A stretch of 50,574 nt of DNA from an uncultured Bacilli bacterium (GTDB lineage Bacteria; Bacillota_I; Bacilli_A; RF39; UBA660), in the NCBI GenBank assembly GCA_947627915.1, contig CANQXT010000002.1, positions 1 to 50,574 of the forward strand, given 5' to 3'. Below are positions 47,778 through 50,574 of the stretch, piece by piece. Made by a program: the position numbers and the translations under genes. Below the pieces are notes generated by a model. The model was given only the letters and a program-made list of their open reading frames with translations, was not told the DNA's origin and made no database searches. Every line of letters begins with the position of its first letter. Positions within the stretch are counted from its first letter, which is position 1.

Positions 47778-49139
47778 ATGATTTTAGACAAAATATTTAG
47801 AGAGTATGATATTAGAGGTAAAGTTCCTAGTGAAATAAATGAAGAAGTTGCTTATAAGATTGGTTTAGGATATGGATCATATTTACAAGAGAATTTAAAT
47901 CAAAAAGCTTGTGTTATAGCTCATGATAATCGAGTATCTAGTGAATCTTTAAATAAAAGTTTAATTAAAGGATTATTAGAAACTGGTATTAATGTTATAG
48001 ATTATGGTCTAACTACTACTCCAATGCATTATTATGCTAGATATATTAATAATTTATATGGTATCATGATTACTGCTAGTCATAATCCAAAAGATGAAAA
48101 TGGTTTTAAATTTTCTTTTGATAAGTATGCTAATGCTAGAGGATCAATGGTTAAAGATTTAAAAAAATATATCGATAAAGGTAAATTTATTAAGGGAGTT
48201 GGTAAATTAGAACATAAAGATATTAAAGATGATTATATTGAATATGTTATTAGTCATTTAAAATTTGGTAAAAAAAGAATTAAAGTTGTATTAGATCTTG
48301 CTAATGGTACTACTAGTTGTATTGCTAGAAGTATTTATGAAAAATTAAATATTGATTTAACTATCATTAATGAAGAAAGTGATGGTACATTTCCAAATCA
48401 TCATCCTGATCCAAGTATTGAAGATAACTTAGAAGAATTAAAAGCTAAAGTATTAGAAACAAAAGCTGATATTGGTATAGGTTTTGATGGTGATGGTGAT
48501 CGTATTGGTATTGTTGATGAAAAAGGCCAAATGGTCTCAATTGAAAGTTATGGTATAATAATTGTTAGAAATATTATTGATAAAGTTAAAAATAAAAAGT
48601 TCTTATATGATCCAAAATGTTCTGATACTTTTAAAGATGAAGTTATTCGTTTAGGAGGTATTCCCGTTATATCAAGAACAGGAACAAGTTATACACAAGA
48701 AAAAATATTAAGAGAAAATATACCATTTGGTATTCAATTTGTTGGTCACATATCCCTTAATGATCGTTTATTTAGTACTGAAAGCGCTATGTATTCTTCT
48801 TTAAGAATAATCGAAATATTAAGTAAGACTGATAAAACATTAAGTGAATTAATTGCTACTACACCAAAGTATTTAAATACTGATGAAGAAAAATTTGCAT
48901 CTACTGATACTAAGAAATTAGAAGTTATCCAAAATATTAAAAAATATTGTGATAGTAAAAAATATAAATATATAGAAATAGATGGTCTTAAAATAACATT
49001 TAAAGATTGTTGGGCCTATGTTAGAGCAAGTAATACTGGACCAAATGTTAATCTTCGTTGTGAAGCACATAATCAAGAAGATTTAGATAACATACATCAA
49101 TTATTAATTACGCTAATTGCTATATATAATAAAAAATAA
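47778..49139 (+). CDS. Phosphohexomutase (PGM/PMM/GlmM superfamily)
   Basis: 453 aa with active-site Ser loop TASHNPKDENGFK, metal loop GFDGDGDR, and sugar loop region. AGAGGG RBS. Subfamily not resolved. Confidence 0.9.
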   Translation: MILDKIFREYDIRGKVPSEINEEVAYKIGLGYGSYLQENLNQKACVIAHDNRVSSESLNKSLIKGLLETGINVIDYGLTTTPMHYYARYINNLYGIMITASHNPKDENGFKFSFDKYANARGSMVKDLKKYIDKGKFIKGVGKLEHKDIKDDYIEYVISHLKFGKKRIKVVLDLANGTTSCIARSIYEKLNIDLTIINEESDGTFPNHHPDPSIEDNLEELKAKVLETKADIGIGFDGDGDRIGIVDEKGQMVSIESYGIIIVRNIIDKVKNKKFLYDPKCSDTFKDEVIRLGGIPVISRTGTSYTQEKILRENIPFGIQFVGHISLNDRLFSTESAMYSSLRIIEILSKTDKTLSELIATTPKYLNTDEEKFASTDTKKLEVIQNIKKYCDSKKYKYIEIDGLKITFKDCWAYVRASNTGPNVNLRCEAHNQEDLDNIHQLLITLIAIYNKK

Positions 49140-49161
49140 GGAAAATATAATTATTTTCCTC

Positions 49162-49195
49162 GGGTTAAGTTTCTATTTTAACGTCTTCGTTGACG
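49162..49195. repeat. Conserved 3'-flank element 'X' (copy B)
   Basis: GGGTTAAGTTTCTATTTTA-a-CGTCTTCGTTGACG. On the + strand here, AACGTC-ttcgtt-GACGTT + T6 could also terminate the phosphohexomutase transcript. Confidence 0.6.
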
Positions 49196-49225
49196 TTTTT
49201 TATTTGCTTTAAATATTTTTAAGAT

Positions 49226-49251
49226 TAAAAGAAAGAGACCTATACTCTTTC
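49226..49251 (-). terminator. Terminator after the FGE-like paralog
   Basis: Minus strand reads GAAAGAG-tataggt-CTCTTTC followed by TTTT. Homologous to 17382..17410. Confidence 0.55.
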
Positions 49252-49284
49252 AATGTTAATAGATCTTATATCTTTGTTAATAAA

Positions 49285-50574
49285 TTAATTAGATGGCGAA
49301 AGGACGAGGCGAAACCCAATGTTGCTAGCACCACCGGTGCTCCTAGCGAAGTAGAACTGACCCGCCAAGACACCATCGTCGTAACCGCCTCCTCGATGGA
49401 ACCACGGGTACGAAGAGTCAACGAAGTACGAATCGTCAGCGTACCAAACATTATGATAATGTTTAGTACTATTTTTATCCCAATAGTAATAAAATGGTCC
49501 CATTTCTCCAGTTGCGTCTCCTAAAATTCTTTTACTATATGATGTTTCAGTACTTTCTTTTGGATATTTATCTATATAACCATTATCCATTCCAGTTTTT
49601 AATTCTTCTGTGGAAAAACCACTACTTCCTACGTTTCCATCTATACACGCTGCCATATATTCCCATGCTCCACCTGACATATCATATATACCACTTATAT
49701 TTCCAGTTGTACTTGCTAAGTAACCTGTTGGCGTATTATATGGTTGAGTTACACTTTCTTCTGTACCATATTTTCCTTGATAACTACTTTGATCTGTATT
49801 AGCTGCAGCTGAATAGCCAGTTTTATACTCTGAATTATTATTTATTCTTATCTCATTTCCTATGCCATATTTAGAATGGGATAGGTATGCTACTGCTCCC
49901 CATTCTGTATTTTTCATCATATGACTATTTAATTCACTTTCATATTCTTTTCCAGCATCAAAGAATGTTTTTACTGTTGCATTTCGCCATGAGACAACAT
50001 TTGGTTTTACTATTACATTATCTGCATCTCCACCTGTTTCAAATTTTCCTACCCATATCCCACTTAACTCTTTACTTCCTAATGTAAATGCTGGATGAGT
50101 TAACCATTCTCCATCTTTTGTAGCATTACTTTTTGTAGTATTTTTACTTTCAAACTCAATATTGATTAATCTTGCTTTTCCTAATGCTTGAGTTGTTGAA
50201 GTCTCATAATTACCATTTGTTAATTCACTTCCATCTCTTTCATCTTCATCACTATTATAATGCCATACTTCATATTTATATCTTGGTATCCAGACAAAAT
50301 ATCCATTTATATCATTTTCATCTATTTTTTGTCCTACAGAATATGTCTCTTTTTTTCCTTCATTTAATATTACAGCATTAGCCCATCTTTTTTCACTATA
50401 GTTATACCATTCACTATGTTTATTTGCATAATACACATCTCCATTTGGTTTTATTTCAACTGGGATTAAATCTCCGGTTATTACTGGATCATTTCCGTTT
50501 AAATCTTCTTCTTTCCATTCATCTTTATGTAACCCACTTCTTTCATATAATTCATCTATGGCTTCTTGTACATT
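49285..50574 (-). CDS. FGE-sulfatase / C-type-lectin-fold secreted protein, paralog of 17450..18892 (5' end off window)
   Basis: The frame stays open to the window edge. 50437..50574 encodes NVQEAIDELYERSGLHKDEWKEEDLNGNDPVITGDLIPVEIKPNGD, matching aa ~52-97 of the other copy. By eye the body is roughly 80% identical, and the C-terminal ~35 aa are far more divergent. Confidence 0.85.
   Translation of the reverse strand, partial: NVQEAIDELYERSGLHKDEWKEEDLNGNDPVITGDLIPVEIKPNGDVYYANKHSEWYNYSEKRWANAVILNEGKKETYSVGQKIDENDINGYFVWIPRYKYEVWHYNSDEDERDGSELTNGNYETSTTQALGKARLINIEFESKNTTKSNATKDGEWLTHPAFTLGSKELSGIWVGKFETGGDADNVIVKPNVVSWRNATVKTFFDAGKEYESELNSHMMKNTEWGAVAYLSHSKYGIGNEIRINNNSEYKTGYSAAANTDQSSYQGKYGTEESVTQPYNTPTGYLASTTGNISGIYDMSGGAWEYMAACIDGNVGSSGFSTEELKTGMDNGYIDKYPKESTETSYSKRILGDATGEMGPFYYYWDKNSTKHYHNVWYADDSYFVDSSYPWFHRGGGYDDGVLAGQFYFARSTGGASNIGFRLVLSPSN

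Overview
AT-rich chromosomal segment from a low-GC, spore-forming Bacillota (Firmicutes) genome. The lineage (Erysipelotrichia/Clostridia-like) is only a guess. The standard genetic code applies (TGG Trp, mostly TAA stops), and almost every gene is on the minus strand. Housekeeping backbone: rpoB-rpoC, a YbxB-like methyltransferase, hup, spoIVA, nth/dnaD/cca/mutM, polA, uninterrupted pro-sigK, a cysteine desulfurase, a murD-like plus PP-loop gene pair, nrdD/nrdG, pgsA-cinA, fmt, a divergent sigma-70 paralog, T-box-controlled type-2-length ileS, and a phosphohexomutase. Cell-surface accessory modules are interspersed in this backbone. (1) A multi-copy cassette has three visible copies or fragments: 1..206, 17382..19496 and 49162..50574. 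It comprises an identical 41-bp promoter with a G8 homopolymer in its -35/-10 spacer, a small membrane-anchored protein, and a secreted FGE-sulfatase/C-type-lectin-fold protein. The last ~55 codons of that protein are adenine-depleted, GC-rich and hypervariable between paralogs, which resembles a DGR variable region, but no reverse transcriptase or template repeat is in the window. A conserved ~35-nt 3' element follows the gene. One copy splits the normally adjacent polA-mutM pair. (2) A class-B sortase carries an unusual ~270-aa N-terminal cytoplasmic domain, and two NPQTG substrates are present. (3) A putative spore-surface locus holds a collagen-like GXY protein, a GT2-TPR glycosyltransferase and a SipW-type-signal protein. 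Other oddities: the class III RNR glycyl-radical domain is encoded as a separate 60-aa cistron, and the murD-like/PP-loop pair may be a MurD2/MurL pair. No rRNA, tRNA, CRISPR array, IS element or prophage was seen. All coordinates and motif calls come from reading the sequence by eye, and no database search was run.
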